From positions 35,340,001-35,404,000 of the forward strand of contig OZ024750.1 of NCBI GenBank assembly GCA_964016885.1: 64,000 bases of DNA, in the 5' to 3' direction. Below the pieces are notes generated by a model that made no database searches, was not told the DNA's origin, and saw only the letters and a list, made by a program, of their open reading frames with translations. Shown in pieces: positions 1 through 12,204 of the stretch. The stretch comes from Eledone cirrhosa (lineage: Eukaryota). Both the position numbers and the translations under genes were made by a program. Positions within the stretch are counted from its first letter, which is position 1. Every line of letters begins with the position of its first letter.

Positions 1-379
1 GAAGCTGCAAAAACCAAATATTCCTACCCTGTTAAAGAAAGAATTTGATTTGTAACATTATGTTAAGGAGACTAACAATACAGCTGTCTGGTGCTCTGTT
101 TGAAGTAGATATTGTAATAATATTAGGACAAACATACGAGAGAAACAAGACAAATATACTCTCTCGTGTAACAAAGCTTAGTTTAGTATTTCTCCATAGT
201 GTGTATTATTAAGTGAATGTGAAGGATAATTCCATACTTGACCTGGGATTTCTAGACTGGATGTTAAACTTCAACAAAGCTCTCAGGTTACTACATGTCA
301 ATGACAGAAACAAAGATCATTTACTATTAGGAAAATAGATTTTTGGAGACCGATACCGACGTTGTAATTGAGATGAGAA

Positions 380-650
380 GTTTTTGAGAAAAAAAAATGC
401 TTTATTTCTGTATCATTTCTGTTTGAATAACAAACTGATTGTTTTTTCTGACTGTAATTAGATCTAACAAAGTATTTTGTTTCAGTATTTTACTGTATAA
501 TTGAAAAGAAATTTGAATAAAGTCTGAAAGTAGAAGACTTTGGAAGTTGGTTTCTAAAGAATTTCGAGAAAGAAATACATTACAGCTTGTGGTATCAGTT
601 GTACTGGTTGACCATATACCAAGTAATGATATATCCAAATGTTTTCTATG
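380..650 (-). pseudogene. Highly decayed PLE-like RT fragment
   Basis: Minus strand RKHLDISLLGIWS...TLLDLITV...QTEMIQK weakly resembles RYIDDI.GIW...FLDL.I...T..Y.K. Confidence 0.3.
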
Positions 651-717
651 CTAATAGTTAGGATTAAGATGAACAGTTTCTGGAGTAATGGAGAAAAGAA
701 ACTAGTGGGGCTTGTCC

Positions 718-910
718 GGCCACTTCTTCTTTGTATCGGTTGCTGTCAAGACCTCAGGCGTCCTCAGACCCCATACAGCTGAACTCCTCCATAAAATGAG
801 ACCGTCAGTAGCCTGTCCGAAGAAGAAGCCCAATGAGTCGGGGTGGTTGTTACAGCGGGTCTCACTGGCCATTTGTCCGCGGAAATGCCTTTGTAGGTTT
901 GTCTGTGGGG
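718..910 (+). mobile_element. CRE-clade non-LTR retrotransposon 3' fragment (restriction-like endonuclease end)
   Basis: FFVSVAVKTSGVLRP...ESGWLLQRVSLAI, then after a frameshift VRGNAFV. Confidence 0.65.
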
Positions 911-2048
911 CACAGGTTTAGAACTTGCCACCCTCTCTTTCTTCTGTGGCCTAATAGTCATTGTTCTTTCCCTCCTTTTCCTCTCACTTATAGCATTTAT
1001 AGTCCTTTGCTATGCAGCCAGATCTGCCCATCTTTACCCCTTCCCTCCTATTTTGATTACTTAGTTTTGTTTTTATCTTTTTTTTTTCATATTTCTATCA
1101 TTGTATAACTTCTGTTTGTAAAATATAGTTGACATAATATGTTTATATTTGGAGAAAATATTACTAAATGTTGCTTCTTAGAAACTACTCTCACTCTCAA
1201 TGTACACCAGCACCCTGTGTCCCCCCCCCCCCATCCATCTGCACCTCTCATCACCCTGTGACATACTTTCCCCACATCACCATGTCAACTCTCACACCAA
1301 TCACATCAATTGTCACTCACTAAGGCTATACCTTTCATCCTTCCTAACTCCTTATTCCACTCCCCCCCCCCAATACACACTCCCATGTGGTAGAGAAGGC
1401 ATTGATGGTCAAGTCTATGACCATCAACCTCCCCAGTGGCATTGCCATGATGAAACACATCAAGCACACTCTGTAAAGTAGATGGTGTTAGGGAGGGCTT
1501 CCACCTTTAGAAACCATGCCAAAATTGGTTGAAAGACCAACGCCATTGTGTCAAGGGCATGGCAATCTCTTTAGTTTTGGTGATCTATATGATAAATTAA
1601 ATACACCCAGTACACTCTGTAAAGTGGTTGGTAATAGGAAAGGCATCCAGCCATAGAAAATGTGCCAAACAAAGGGCCTTCAGCTTTGTCAAAGACATAA
1701 AAACCTCCCTAGAGCAGGGGCTACAATAAAATAAACTTAGAAGAGTGCAGTAATGTAAGTAAAATACTAGCTCCTGGCCCTAGCCATCCACCCCAACTAA
1801 GGGTTAAATAGCCTCACCAACCTGCAACTGGCCAAACCTGATGAATACAGCTACACCTCTGAAGACATCACCAAAACCAAACAGAAAGTGGTAGAGATCA
1901 ACCAGGGAGAGGTTTCTCCAAGAGAAGTCAGAAAGCTCTGAATTGGATTGGATACATATATATATATCATCATCATCATCATCATACATATATATATATA
2001 TATAGATAGATAAATATACACAGGTGTGTATGATTGTGTATAGAAGAT

Positions 2049-2439
2049 TATATTAATAAGAGGAATTCCAACTTTGTCTGATTTACTTGTTTTATTTACA
2101 ATCCTTTAAAATTTATAATGGTATTATAATGAAATAGTATGGTAGAATATTAAATTCTAAGTGTTAATTGAACAAGTACTTTCATGCTTTCTCAATCTTC
2201 AGGTTCATATTGTGTGGTGACAGTCAAGTTTGCAATTTTCAACTGTTGAAAATTGCAAACTCGACTGTCACCAAATATTATGAACCTGAAGATTGAGAAA
2301 GCATGAAAGTACTTGTTCAATTAACACTTAGAATTTAATATTCTATCATACTATTTCATTATAATACCATTATAAATTTTAAAGGATTGTAAATAAAACA
2401 AGTAAATCAGACAAAGTTGGAATTCCTCTTATTAATATA
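2049..2439. repeat. Near-perfect 391-bp palindrome (fold-back pair of ribozyme-bearing pLTR-like arms)
   Basis: Arms of ~195 bp are reverse complements around a single central T at 2244, with few mismatches. The right end abuts (TA)n. Confidence 0.95.
2281..2319 (+). ncRNA. Minimal type I hammerhead (identical copy on the minus strand at 2169-2207)
   Basis: TGAAC CTGAAGA TTGAGAAAGCAT GAAA GTAC TT GTTCA. Stem I TGAAC/GTTCA, palindromic stem III, weak stem II. Confidence 0.65.
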
Positions 2440-2637
2440 TATACATATATATATATATATATGTATATGGGATAACAAGTTATCGTTATAGGTAATCCAG
2501 TTATAGGTAATCCAGTTAGAGTACTCCACCTCGTGGATGGTTTTAACGTACAGCTTTGTTTGACTCAACAAGATATTTCCATAGTTACGCAGCGAATTCG
2601 CGGTCATTTCTATGCTGGTAATACTTGGAGTAATAAT

Positions 2638-2819
2638 TGTTTCTATTTTAGGCACAAGGCCAGCAATTACCCAGTACATTACTGGTACTTTATTTTATCG
2701 ACCCCATAAGGATGAAAGGCAAAGTTAACCTCGGCAGGATTTGAACTCAGATAGTAAAGGGACGTAACTATGCTGGAAAGCATGTCCGACCCTCTACCGA
2801 TACTGCCAATTCACCGCCC
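2638..2819 (-). mobile_element. tRNA-derived SINE family A (Nin/Deu-like core) with 17-bp TSD
   Basis: B box GAGTTCAAATCC and core GCCTTTCATCCTT..GGGGTCGATAAAAT. TSD ATACTTGGAGTAATAAT at 2621-2637 and 2820-2836. Confidence 0.9.
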
Positions 2820-2838
2820 ATACTTGGAGTAATAATAG

Positions 2839-3187
2839 TTTAAAGAAAGAAGAGTAACATGGTTGGCTGTACAATAAGGGCTTTATTTAAAGTACTGACA
2901 ATTGTTTCGTTGATCAGGTGTGTCTAGAGTTCGCTAATCGCTTGAGGTTGCGCCAATCGATCTTCAATAGATTGTTTACCACTTGCCAACACATCAGAGC
3001 ACATAGACATGAAAATAATTCACTCGAGGCAAGACTTATATAGAGGAGTAGTGTAAAAGAAAACAATAATATCAATAACCTCAAGCGATTAGCGAACTCT
3101 AGACACACCTGATCAACGAAAGAATTGTCAGTACTTTAAATAAAGCCCTTATTTTACAGCCAACCATGTTACTCTTCTTTCTTTAAA
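2839..3187. repeat. Inverted repeat (~110-bp arms, 127-bp spacer), pLTR-like
   Basis: 2839-2949 is the reverse complement of 3077-3187 with about two mismatches. Confidence 0.92.
2893..2970 (-). ncRNA. Degenerate hammerhead-like motif
   Basis: Minus strand reads TTGAAGA TC GATTGG...CTGATC AAC GAAAC AATT GTC AGTA. Stem III ACAATTGT is palindromic; stem I is poor. Confidence 0.5.
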
Positions 3188-3234
3188 TTATATATATATG
3201 TATATATCTAATCCTATCCATATATATGTGTGTT

Positions 3235-3273
<39 letters not shown>

Positions 3274-3317
3274 AAATAAAGATCCGAAGGCTTGGTATAA
3301 ATTTCCAATCATTTTAA

Positions 3318-3391
3318 TCACAACACATGTTTCAATAAGAGATAGATCGATTGTGTAGCCATGATCGATTATCACTGATCTCGTCAGGTGA
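3318..3391 (-). ncRNA. Type I hammerhead ribozyme
   Basis: Minus strand reads TCAC CTGACGA GATCAGTGATAATCGAT...ATCGATCTATCTCTTATT GAAAC ATGT GTT GTGA. It lies in a ~200-bp insert between two (TA)n tracts. Confidence 0.72.
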
Positions 3392-3529
3392 AAATGAATT
3401 GTCTTCAAATCCTTGATATGAGGGAGAAAATTAATGATGTTTAACTCACAGAGTTTAGTCCCTCATATGAAGATCAATATATATATATATGCATATTTAT
3501 ACATATGTATGTATATGTGTGTATATACA

Positions 3530-4170
3530 GGTGCAGTAAGTAGCAAGTGTCCTCAGGATACTAGCTCCTTCAATTGCCCAGACAGTTCTATAGAAATAGA
3601 GTAGGGTGTTCTGAAACTACAGTAGCCATAGAAAGAATGGGATAGATTAAGTTCAGAGAACTAAAAACAGCTGTTAGCCACAAAATGTTTCTCCCTAATA
3701 ATTGTTTCTACTTTTGGCACAAGGCCAGCAATTACCCAATGCATTACTGGTACTTTATTTTATCGACCCCTAAAAATGAAAGGCAGATTGTACAATGCTT
3801 GTATATGAACAGCAATGTTACATGGCAGTGAGACATGGGCATTGTGCACAGAGGATCTGCGCAGATTGGAAAGAAATGAAGCATGCATGCTCCATTGGAT
3901 GTGTACATGAATGGCAAAGCGTAAATGAACTAAGTGAGAAATTAGAAATAAGAGGGATCAGATGCAGCATATTAGAGAGGAGATTGCATTGGTATGGTCA
4001 TATGATGCACAACAGCTGTATAAAAAGGTGCAGGGCAATCAAAATTGACGGAAGCTACAGAATAGGAAAACTCAGAAAACCTGGGATGAGGTGATAAAAG
4101 CTGACCTTGCACACTTGCACCTCTCAAAGACAATGACACAGGATTGAGATATTTGGTGTCATGCGGTAAT
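3530..4170 (+). mobile_element. Older RTE LINE fragment interrupted by a SINE piece
   Basis: HGSETW-like and ERRLHWYGHMM motifs; SINE piece at ~3700-3787. Confidence 0.75.
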
Positions 4171-4535
4171 ACAGAGGACCAGCCTTCTCTTGCGCACGGA
4201 CTCAAACATACACCCAGTAGGCACCTCATAATCCATACACCCCACACCTCCCTTCCACTTCTGCCCACACCACTCTTACTCTCTAAAGTTATGTTGGTAT
4301 CACAAATACAACCAGCCCACATTATAAAGTGGTTGTATAGGTGTCACGACTAAAAGCACGCAGCACACACTGTAGATGTGGTTGGCACTAGGAAGGGCAT
4401 CCAGCCACAGAAATCTAACCAGAAACAGTCCTATATGAGTGAGACACGGTCACCCAACCCAACTTGCCTCTAATGGGACAAACCTGACTAACTCATGCTA
4501 GCATGGAAAATAGACGTTAAACAATGATGATGATG

Positions 4536-4617
<82 letters not shown>

Positions 4618-4619
<2 letters not shown>

Positions 4620-4960
4620 AGGCACATGGCTTAGTGGTTAGAGCATTGGCCTTGCAATCGAAAGGTTGTGAGTTCAATTCTCAGACCGGGTCATGTGTTG
4701 TTTCCTTGAGCAAGACACTTTATTTCACATTGCTCCAGTTTACTCAGCTGTAGAAATGAGATGATAGGACTGGGGTCCCTATCATTCCACTGCAAAGTGA
4801 TCGTGGAGGTGCCATGGCAAAAAAGCACCCAGCACTCACTGTAAATGAGGTTGGTGTTAGGAAGGGCATCCAGCTGTAGAAATTAAGACAGAATCAGTTC
4901 CCGTCCCACCCTTGCAAGCAGGGAAAAGCGGACGTAAAATGATGATGAGGATGATGATGA
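4618..4960 (+). mobile_element. tRNA-derived SINE family B (RTE-derived tail), full length
   Basis: A box TGGCTTAGTGG, B box GAGTTCAATTC, core TCCTTGAGCAAGACACTT. The 3' end GCAAGCAGGGAAAAGCGGACGTAAAA(TGA)n is shared with the RTE LINEs. Confidence 0.9.
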
Positions 4961-4999
4961 TATATTTAATTAGAAAGTGAACAACACAAAATATAACTA

Positions 5000-5067
5000 C
5001 TCCATTACCAAAGGTTTCTGGATCCCAGACAATATTAATATACGTCTGGATTGTTCATCAGACAGAG
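5000..5067 (-). ncRNA. Type I hammerhead ribozyme
   Basis: Minus strand reads CTCTGT CTGATGA ACAATCCAGAC...GTCTGGGATCCA GAAAC CTTTG GTA ATGGAG. Stem I CTCTGT/ATGGAG includes two G-U pairs. Confidence 0.7.
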
Positions 5068-5731
5068 ATGTTATGAATAGAAAATATGAAATGAGATTTA
5101 AAATCTGTTATAAATTGGAAGTGAGGCTGGAAAAATAACGGAAAATATACATAATTCTTCGAAATTACCTAACACATACATATATATATATAGTTGTTAT
5201 ATCCATGTCATTGAAATATATATCTAGTACAATATTTTGGGACCATATAACACTATAAGAGTTAAAGATTTAATTTTTTTAATTTTTTAAACTTCTAGTT
5301 TTACATTTTAGTCTTTTTTTAAAACTTAAATGGTGTTTTTGTGCATTGTATTACAATAGCTACAGCATTAACCAATCTTCTATCTGAAATCAATGTCACT
5401 AATTGACTGTCGATAGAAATAGATGTATGCTGTTGAAGTTAAAAGCTTTATATTGAGTGATATAATTATTCTTTACTAAGCTTCAGATTTGTAGGAGAGG
5501 GGCTTATGTTTAGTTTAGATTTTATTCTTTTTCTAATGAATTGGAGATGAAATAAGGAATTATTTCAAATGAGAATCAAAACAATATAGATTCAAGGTTT
5601 TTAAAGAATTTACATCCACATATAACTGTTATATCCATGGTAATAATTGCTTTTTATTTGCCACAAGGAGATTCATGGAGTGGTGGGATATACTATAAAA
5701 ATGGTGGGTTTTTTAACACTTTAGTATTTAA

Positions 5732-6579
5732 CCCTTTAGCATTTAAACGGGCCGTATCTGACCAGAATTCTCTCACCCCTTTCTGTTCAAACCAGCTGCT
5801 CATACTGGTGTTAAGGTATTGTTCTCAAAATAAATAATATCAAAATCTCGTAAATTCAATATTATGTAAGATAATTATGTGAGGTAAAGCCTTTACTGTG
5901 AAAATATAATAGTAAATATAAAGTAATGTAAATGTTATGTGAGATATTATGTGAGGTAAAGCCTTTACTGTGAAAATATAATAGTAAATATAGAGTAATG
6001 TAAATGTTATGTGAGATATTATGTGAGGTAAAGCCTTTACTGTGAAAATACAATAGTAAATATAGAGTAATGTAAATGTTATGTGAGGTAAAGCCTTTAC
6101 TGTGAAAATACAATAGTAAATATAGAGTAATGTAAATGTTATGTGAGATATTATGTGAGGTAAAGCCTTTACTGTGAAAATATAATAGTAAATATAGAGT
6201 AATGTAAATGTTATGTGAGATATTATGTGAGGTAAAGCCTTTACTGTGAAAATACAATAGTAAATATAGAGTAATGTAAATGTTATGTGAGATATTATGT
6301 GAGGTAAAGCCTTTACTGTGAAAATACAATAGTATATATAGAGTAATGTAAATGTTATGTGAGATATTATGTGAGGCAAAGCCTTTACTGTGAAAATACA
6401 ATAGTATATATAGAGTAATATAAATGTTATGTAAGATATTATGTGAGGTAAAGTCTTTACTGTGAAAATACAATAGTATATATAGAGTAATGTAAATGTT
6501 ATGTAAGATAATTATGTGAAGTAAAGTCTTTACTATGAAAATATAATAGTATATATAGAGTAATGTGAATGCTAAATGG
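5732..6579 (+). mobile_element. piggyBac-like MITE with internal 72-bp tandem expansion
   Basis: TTAA|CCCTTTAGCATT ... AATGCTAAATGG|TTAA. About 10 units of 72 bp (one of 60 bp) at 5874-6570. Confidence 0.85.
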
Positions 6580-6784
6580 TTAAACCAGCTGAATCCGACC
6601 AGAATTCTCTCACCTCTTTCTGTTCAAACCAGCCGTAACCAGCTGCTCATACTGATGTTAAGGTATTGTTGTTAAATAAATAATATCAAAATCTCATAGA
6701 TATTATGTGAGGTAATTATGCGAGGTAAAACCTTTACCATGAAAAAATATAAATGATTAAAGAACATACATCTACATATAATAA

Positions 6785-7193
6785 TTGTTTCTACTTTTCG
6801 CACAAGGCCAGCAATTACCCCAGTGTATTACTGGTGTTATTTTATTGACCACGTAAGGATGAAAGGCAAGGTTAACCTCAGTGGGATTGACCTTGTAAAG
6901 GGCTATAACTCTATGCTGCAAAGCATGGCGTCCAACCCTCTACCGATACTGCCAATCCACCGCCCTAAAAATAGTCTGTTTTTTTAAAGAACAACTACAT
7001 ATAGCATATAATAATTGTTTCTACTTTTGACACAAGGCCAGCAATTACCCAATGCATTACTGGTACTTTATTTTATCGACTCCGTAAGGATGAAAGGCAA
7101 AGTTAACCTCGACGGGATTTGAACTCAGACTGTAAAGGGACGTAACTATGCTGAAAAGCATGGCGTCCGACCCTCTACCGATACTGCCAATTC
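6785..7193 (-). mobile_element. Two tandem SINE family A copies
   Basis: Copies at ~6785-6965 and ~7012-7193. Confidence 0.88.
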
Positions 7194-7600
7194 AATGATT
7201 GCTTTTTATTTGTCACAAGGAAGATTGATGAATTGGTGGGCTATATTATAAAAATGGGGGAGGTTTTCACAGAGTCGTTTATGAAAAAATGACAGAAAGA
7301 AATTAAATGAGATATCCTGATAGGGCTGGGATCTTAACCCTTTCATGACCATATTTCTAATGAAATACACTCTATTTTAATTAGTTAATGAAGATAACAA
7401 AATGTAGTTTGCTTGAAGTATTGTATATAATATATAACATGGAAAGAGATAGAAAGCTAAACAATGCAAAATGGACTGTAAGATGAGGTAACAAAAAGTA
7501 AGTTACCTGGTAATCTTTGTTTTGTTTTTTGTTGTTCTTTTTTCTGTCCCATATTCCCAAAGAGAGGAAATTGGAACATTATTCTCTGAGAGTTCCTTAA

Positions 7601-7819
7601 CCCTTTAGCATTTCCATTACTCTATATATACTGTTGTATTTTCACGGTAACACTTTATTTCACATAATTATCTCACATAATATCGAATCTACGAGATATT
7701 GATATTATTTATTTTGAGAACAATAACTTAACATAAGTATGAGCAGTCAGTTACAGCCAGTTTGAACAGAAAGAGGTGAGAAAATGCTGGCCGGATATGG
7801 TCGGTTTAAATGCTAAGGG
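7601..7819 (-). mobile_element. piggyBac-like MITE (same family, unexpanded)
   Basis: TTAA on both flanks and CCCTTTAGCATT terminal inverted repeat. Confidence 0.85.
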
Positions 7820-7824
7820 TTAAA

Positions 7825-7860
7825 CCTTGAAGAAGGGACTTTTAGGTCCCGAAATATTGG
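7825..7860 (+). ncRNA. Minimal PLE-type hammerhead motif (C3U)
   Basis: CC TTGAAGA A GGGAC TTTTAG GTCCC GAAATAT T GG. Same architecture as 23779-23810. Confidence 0.55.
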
Positions 7861-8602
7861 ACAGAAAAAAGAACAACAAAAAACGAATCAAAGATTACCA
7901 GGTAACTTACTTTTCGTGACATCATCTTACAGTCCATTTTGCATTGTTTAGCCTTCTATTTCTTTCAACGTTATAGTTAATGAAGAATTTTGAGGGGTTT
8001 ACTAAAATTGTTAATTATTTTATTACTAAGGTAGAAACTTAATGTAAGGTTCTTATATAAAATTATGCTGGAAGATTTTAATTTAAACTGAAAACTTTTA
8101 AAATGGGTGGTTTTATTTCATAAAACCAGAGCCAGTTTTGACCAGGTTGGTAACAAAAAGGTTAAACTCGAGAACTCAAAAGGACCATTACATCCTGAGC
8201 AGAGGCACAGCAGGTTGTTATGTTCTGATTACAAATCCCATTGATTTTCATTGAGGTCAATAAAATACCAGTAAATTGCTGGGGTCGATTTAATTAATGT
8301 TCATTGTATGACTCTAGTTAGTGTTCAAGATCAACTATTCCAGAAGACTTTCAGCCTGGGGACTATGGATTAATCTCCAGAAATTTCTAGTATGATAGCG
8401 CTACTAGGATCATTGTTGACCGAGGAAAAACTCTCCAGGGACACAAAAGCTTCATACAATTTTAAACCTTTCAAATTTTAATCACAAATCAGTCTGAAAG
8501 TATAGTAGAAAAACTTGGCCAAAGTTTTTGCACATTGGTTTCAAACTCAGAACCTCATGGTTGTTAATTGAAACTGTTAATCACACAACCATAAGTTACT
8601 GA

Positions 8603-8759
8603 AATGAAAAATGAAAAATGAAAAATGAAAAATGAAAAATGAAAAATGAAAAATGAAAAATGAAAAATGAAAAATGAAAAATGAAAAATGAAAAATGAAA
8701 AATGAAAAATGAAAAATGAAAAATGAAAAATGAAAAATGAAAAATGAAAAATGAAAAAT
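8603..8759. repeat. (GAAAAAT)n heptamer microsatellite, ~22 perfect units
   Basis: Direct reading. Confidence 0.97.
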
Positions 8760-9289
8760 ATTTTATTTGATACTATTTTAACTAAATATCCAGAGTTTTT
8801 GAAAACCTTAAATTAATCCATGTTGTTCTCATATTTCGTTCTCAATATTTTTTATATCCTAATTTCAAATGCGTTTCTCCAAAGTTGAAAGTTGTGTTTT
8901 ATCTTTCGATCTTTTTTATATATATATATATAAATTTTGATTAATTTTAGGTCAGTTCTAAACCTGTATTTATCCAGTATATCTAATTAATGAAAATCCA
9001 ATCTCCACCCTCACCCTCTTCTATCTTTTCTCAATAATTATGTTCATTACATATCTCCAGGTTTTTGCTCACATCCAGAGACAACAACAACGATAATCAT
9101 CCTATTCTACTTACTATATTTCAGCTTTCCTGCTTTCATTCGACATATTTTATTGCAGTGTTGAAAATGACATAACATTTCTAATATGATAAAATCTTCA
9201 TGTCCATATTTCATTAACAAGCAAAAGTAATTTAAATCTGTTTCAATCATTACTGATTCTGACGTGAACACAATATTTCCTTCTGCTAT

Positions 9290-9590
9290 CAGGGCTGGAT
9301 TTAATGGAGGACAAAGGGAGCAATGGCACCAAGCCTCTGCGATTTATTTGTGCTCTAAGCTGGGCTTTTTAGTTTTAAGATGGTTCAAAGTCTTGAATTT
9401 AATACCTGTATGTATAACTTTTCAATTCCAAATATTTGTTCCAAGCTAACTTTGATATGTAAAATTGGGGGGGGGGGGGTTGCTGTGTATTCTAATTTTT
9501 TGTGTATGAGGGGTCCCCCAAACCTAAAGTACCCTGGGCCTCCGCAAACATGAGGTTCTCCGGGCCCCTCAACGTATAATTTCAATCCTG
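9290..9590. mobile_element. hAT-like MITE
   Basis: CAGGGCTGGATT...TTCAATCCTG ends; TSD TCTGCTAT/TCTGCTAG. Confidence 0.75.
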
Positions 9591-9644
9591 TCTGCTAGTT
9601 TTCATAACTCATAAATAATTGGATCATATTACTTCTTCAGTCTG

Positions 9645-9915
9645 CGACTAACCCAGGTTCTGTTACACGTCGGGCTGAGGAGGCCAAACTCCTCAAATAC
9701 CGGTCGCTCTCCGACAGGTTTGCCGTCGTACCCCTGGCAGTGGAGACTTCCGGTGTCCTCGGCCCTAGGGCTGCCTCCCTACTCACCACCATAGGCGCTG
9801 AGCTGGCCAGCCGCAGGTGTTAACCCTGCAAGCTGGAGTGGCTTTTCCAGCGCGTCTCCTTTGCCGTCCTCCATGGGAAGGGAACGCCTTCTCCATCCTG
9901 TCCGCCGGGGCAGTG
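9645..9915 (+). mobile_element. CRE-clade non-LTR retrotransposon 3' fragment
   Basis: TNPGSVTRRAEEAKLLKYRSLSDRFAVVPLAVETSGVLGPRAASLLTTIGAELA...EWLFQRVSFAV...GNAFSIL, with one stop and a frameshift. Confidence 0.78.
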
Positions 9916-10264
9916 GCGCGGGGGGGGGGGGGGGCATTGCATAACATTCCATATTTAGGTATCCTGTATTTAATTATATACTCATACATATAAATGTATG
10001 TATATGTACATAAACACACGTTCAAGGAAACTATGGCTGTAATTTGCTATTTGCAGAATGGACTACATCTTCTGGAGCATTATAAAACTATAATTACCAC
10101 CATGTATAGTATATTACTATATCTCCCCTCCAGCTCTATGTTAGTCACATAGAATTTCTTATCAGTTTTTTCCCCTCTGATAAAAGCTTTACATGTAGTT
10201 TCTACTTTAACTGTTATGTCCACTAAACAATAAATAGTGTTAGTATTCTTTACTTTAACTTCTT

Positions 10265-10512
10265 TATATATATATATTTGTGTTTGTATACATGTGTGTG
10301 TGTATATATATATATATTATGTATATGTATATATGTATATTATGTATATGTATATATGTGTATATATATATATATATATACATGTGTGTGTATATATATA
10401 TATATATATATGTATGTATACATACATATGTATATATATATATGTATGTATATATATATATGTGTGTATGTATATATATATATGTGTGTGTGTATATATA
10501 TATATATATGTG

Positions 10513-10591
<79 letters not shown>

Positions 10592-10630
10592 ATGTATATA
10601 TATATATATGTGTGTATATATATATATGTA

Positions 10631-10682
<52 letters not shown>

Positions 10683-10760
10683 TATATATATATATATATA
10701 TATATGTGTTTGTATGTATATATTTATATATATATGTTTGTATGTGTTTATATATATAAT
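10265..10760. repeat. Compound (TA)n/(TG)n microsatellite (others at 21300-21476, 23234-23670, 25742-25947, 36915-37330, 48440-48637, 63484-63845)
   Basis: Direct reading. These tracts explain the YIYI/CVCV ORFs. Confidence 0.97.
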
Positions 10761-11030
10761 AGCTAGCAACTTACCATTCTTTCAACTTGATAAATACAAC
10801 ACAGAAATATCCAAGAAAAACAAAGATGTCCAAATTTCTTGGTTGCTGAGATGAACAGTTTATATAATGTTGTCAAATACACTAGTTATAATGTATTAAC
10901 CTATTTACAACCATTGAATTTAGTATTGTATACAATATGTAGCATGTAGTTACTCTTTTAAAAACAATTTATCTTCCAACTTGCATAGTCAACATTATTT
11001 TTTATTTAACCTTTATACACAGGAAAAGTG

Positions 11031-11061
<31 letters not shown>

Positions 11062-11915
11062 TCTAGAACAGAACAAAAAGTCGGATTTGCTTTTGGTAAT
11101 ATATAAATACTTAAATATAGTCATTGTTTTTTCTGTGTACTTCTAAATATATAAAAACATATATGATAATAATAATGAAATTATTGTGTACAGTGCTCAG
11201 GTGCACTACAACTATCAATATATGATAGATAAAAATAGAAAATAGAAATATTAACAATAAATAATCGTTTCTACTTTAGGCACAAGGCCAGCAATTTGAA
11301 GTGGAGGTGAAAGTTGATTAGATAAATCCCAGTGCATTACTGGTGCTTTATTTTATTGACTCCCATAAGGCCGAAAGGCAAAGCTAACCTCGGCGGAATT
11401 TGAACTCAGAGTGTAAAGGGCCACAACCCATGCCACAAAGCATAATGTCTAAGACTCTACCGATATTGCCAATATCACAAATTTTGGAGTTGTTTTTGTT
11501 TGGAAAATCATTTGATTTGAGATTTTATCTTGAAAGTGAAATAATTACGTCATAGTAGAAGAGTCATTGTTGGCAACACCACACTGCGCAAACACAAAAC
11601 ATACTAAAACTGCAGTGGGATTATGTCAGTGACCAGGTTGCAAAGGGTGTGATGAAAATATTTGCATTACAAAATAAATGACAAATGTACCGTGAATATA
11701 ACATTTCTTTTCTCTTTTTTTAATGGCTAAAATGGCTCTTCCATGACGTAATAGCTAAATAAAGATATCAAATATAGAAAATAAACATCTTCAAAGTGAT
11801 TTGTATAGTTTAGGTTACATCTAAACTATAATAAAGTAAGAAGCGCGGGACTGCGTATGGTTTATAATTTTTTATCCCCTTAGTAAAATAAGTTGGATTA
11901 CTTTGAATAAATAAT

Positions 11916-12007
11916 TGTTTCTACTTTAGGCACAAGGCCAGCAATTACCCAGTGCATTACTGGTACTTTATTTTATCGACCCCGTAAGGATGAAAGGCAA
12001 AGTCAAC
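11916..12007 (-). mobile_element. 5'-truncated SINE family A with 18-bp TSD
   Basis: TTACTTTGAATAAATAAT on both sides. Further copies at ~11263-11472 and ~13545-13703. Confidence 0.85.
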
Positions 12008-12204
12008 TTACTTTGAATAAATAATGAATGAATATTACATAATTTATCCACTAAATTTTGTGGCTGTTCATTAAATATATGTTATTACTTATTTAAAGAT
12101 TCACTTCTTTAAAATTTTCAAATTTCAACACTTCTGGTTAGTGATCGTTTAAATAAATATTCATATATTTCTGTCACTAATTTTCTCCTAATGCAGTTTA
12201 TATA

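Larger units (their letters stand above)
7395..7973. mobile_element. PLE-type inverted pLTR pair with 13-bp target duplication
   Basis: Arms ~7433-7554 and ~7853-7975 are reverse complements. Direct repeat TAGTTAATGAAGA at 7382-7394 and 7974-7986. Confidence 0.75.
7338..8161. mobile_element. Second piggyBac-like MITE family, hosting nested insertions
   Basis: TTAA|CCCTTTCATGACC ... GGTAACAAAAAGG|TTAA. Confidence 0.65.

Noticed and set aside
4618-4690. tRNA gene (also at 19310)
   Set aside because: A and B boxes are present, but the sequence runs into a SINE body and RTE tail and lacks a proper acceptor stem.
5840-6473. 179- and 203-aa ORFs with a 24-aa repeat
   Set aside because: They translate a 72-bp repeat inside a MITE.
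10237-10854. Tyr/Ile/Cys/Val-rich ORFs here and at other dinucleotide tracts
   Set aside because: Microsatellite translation.
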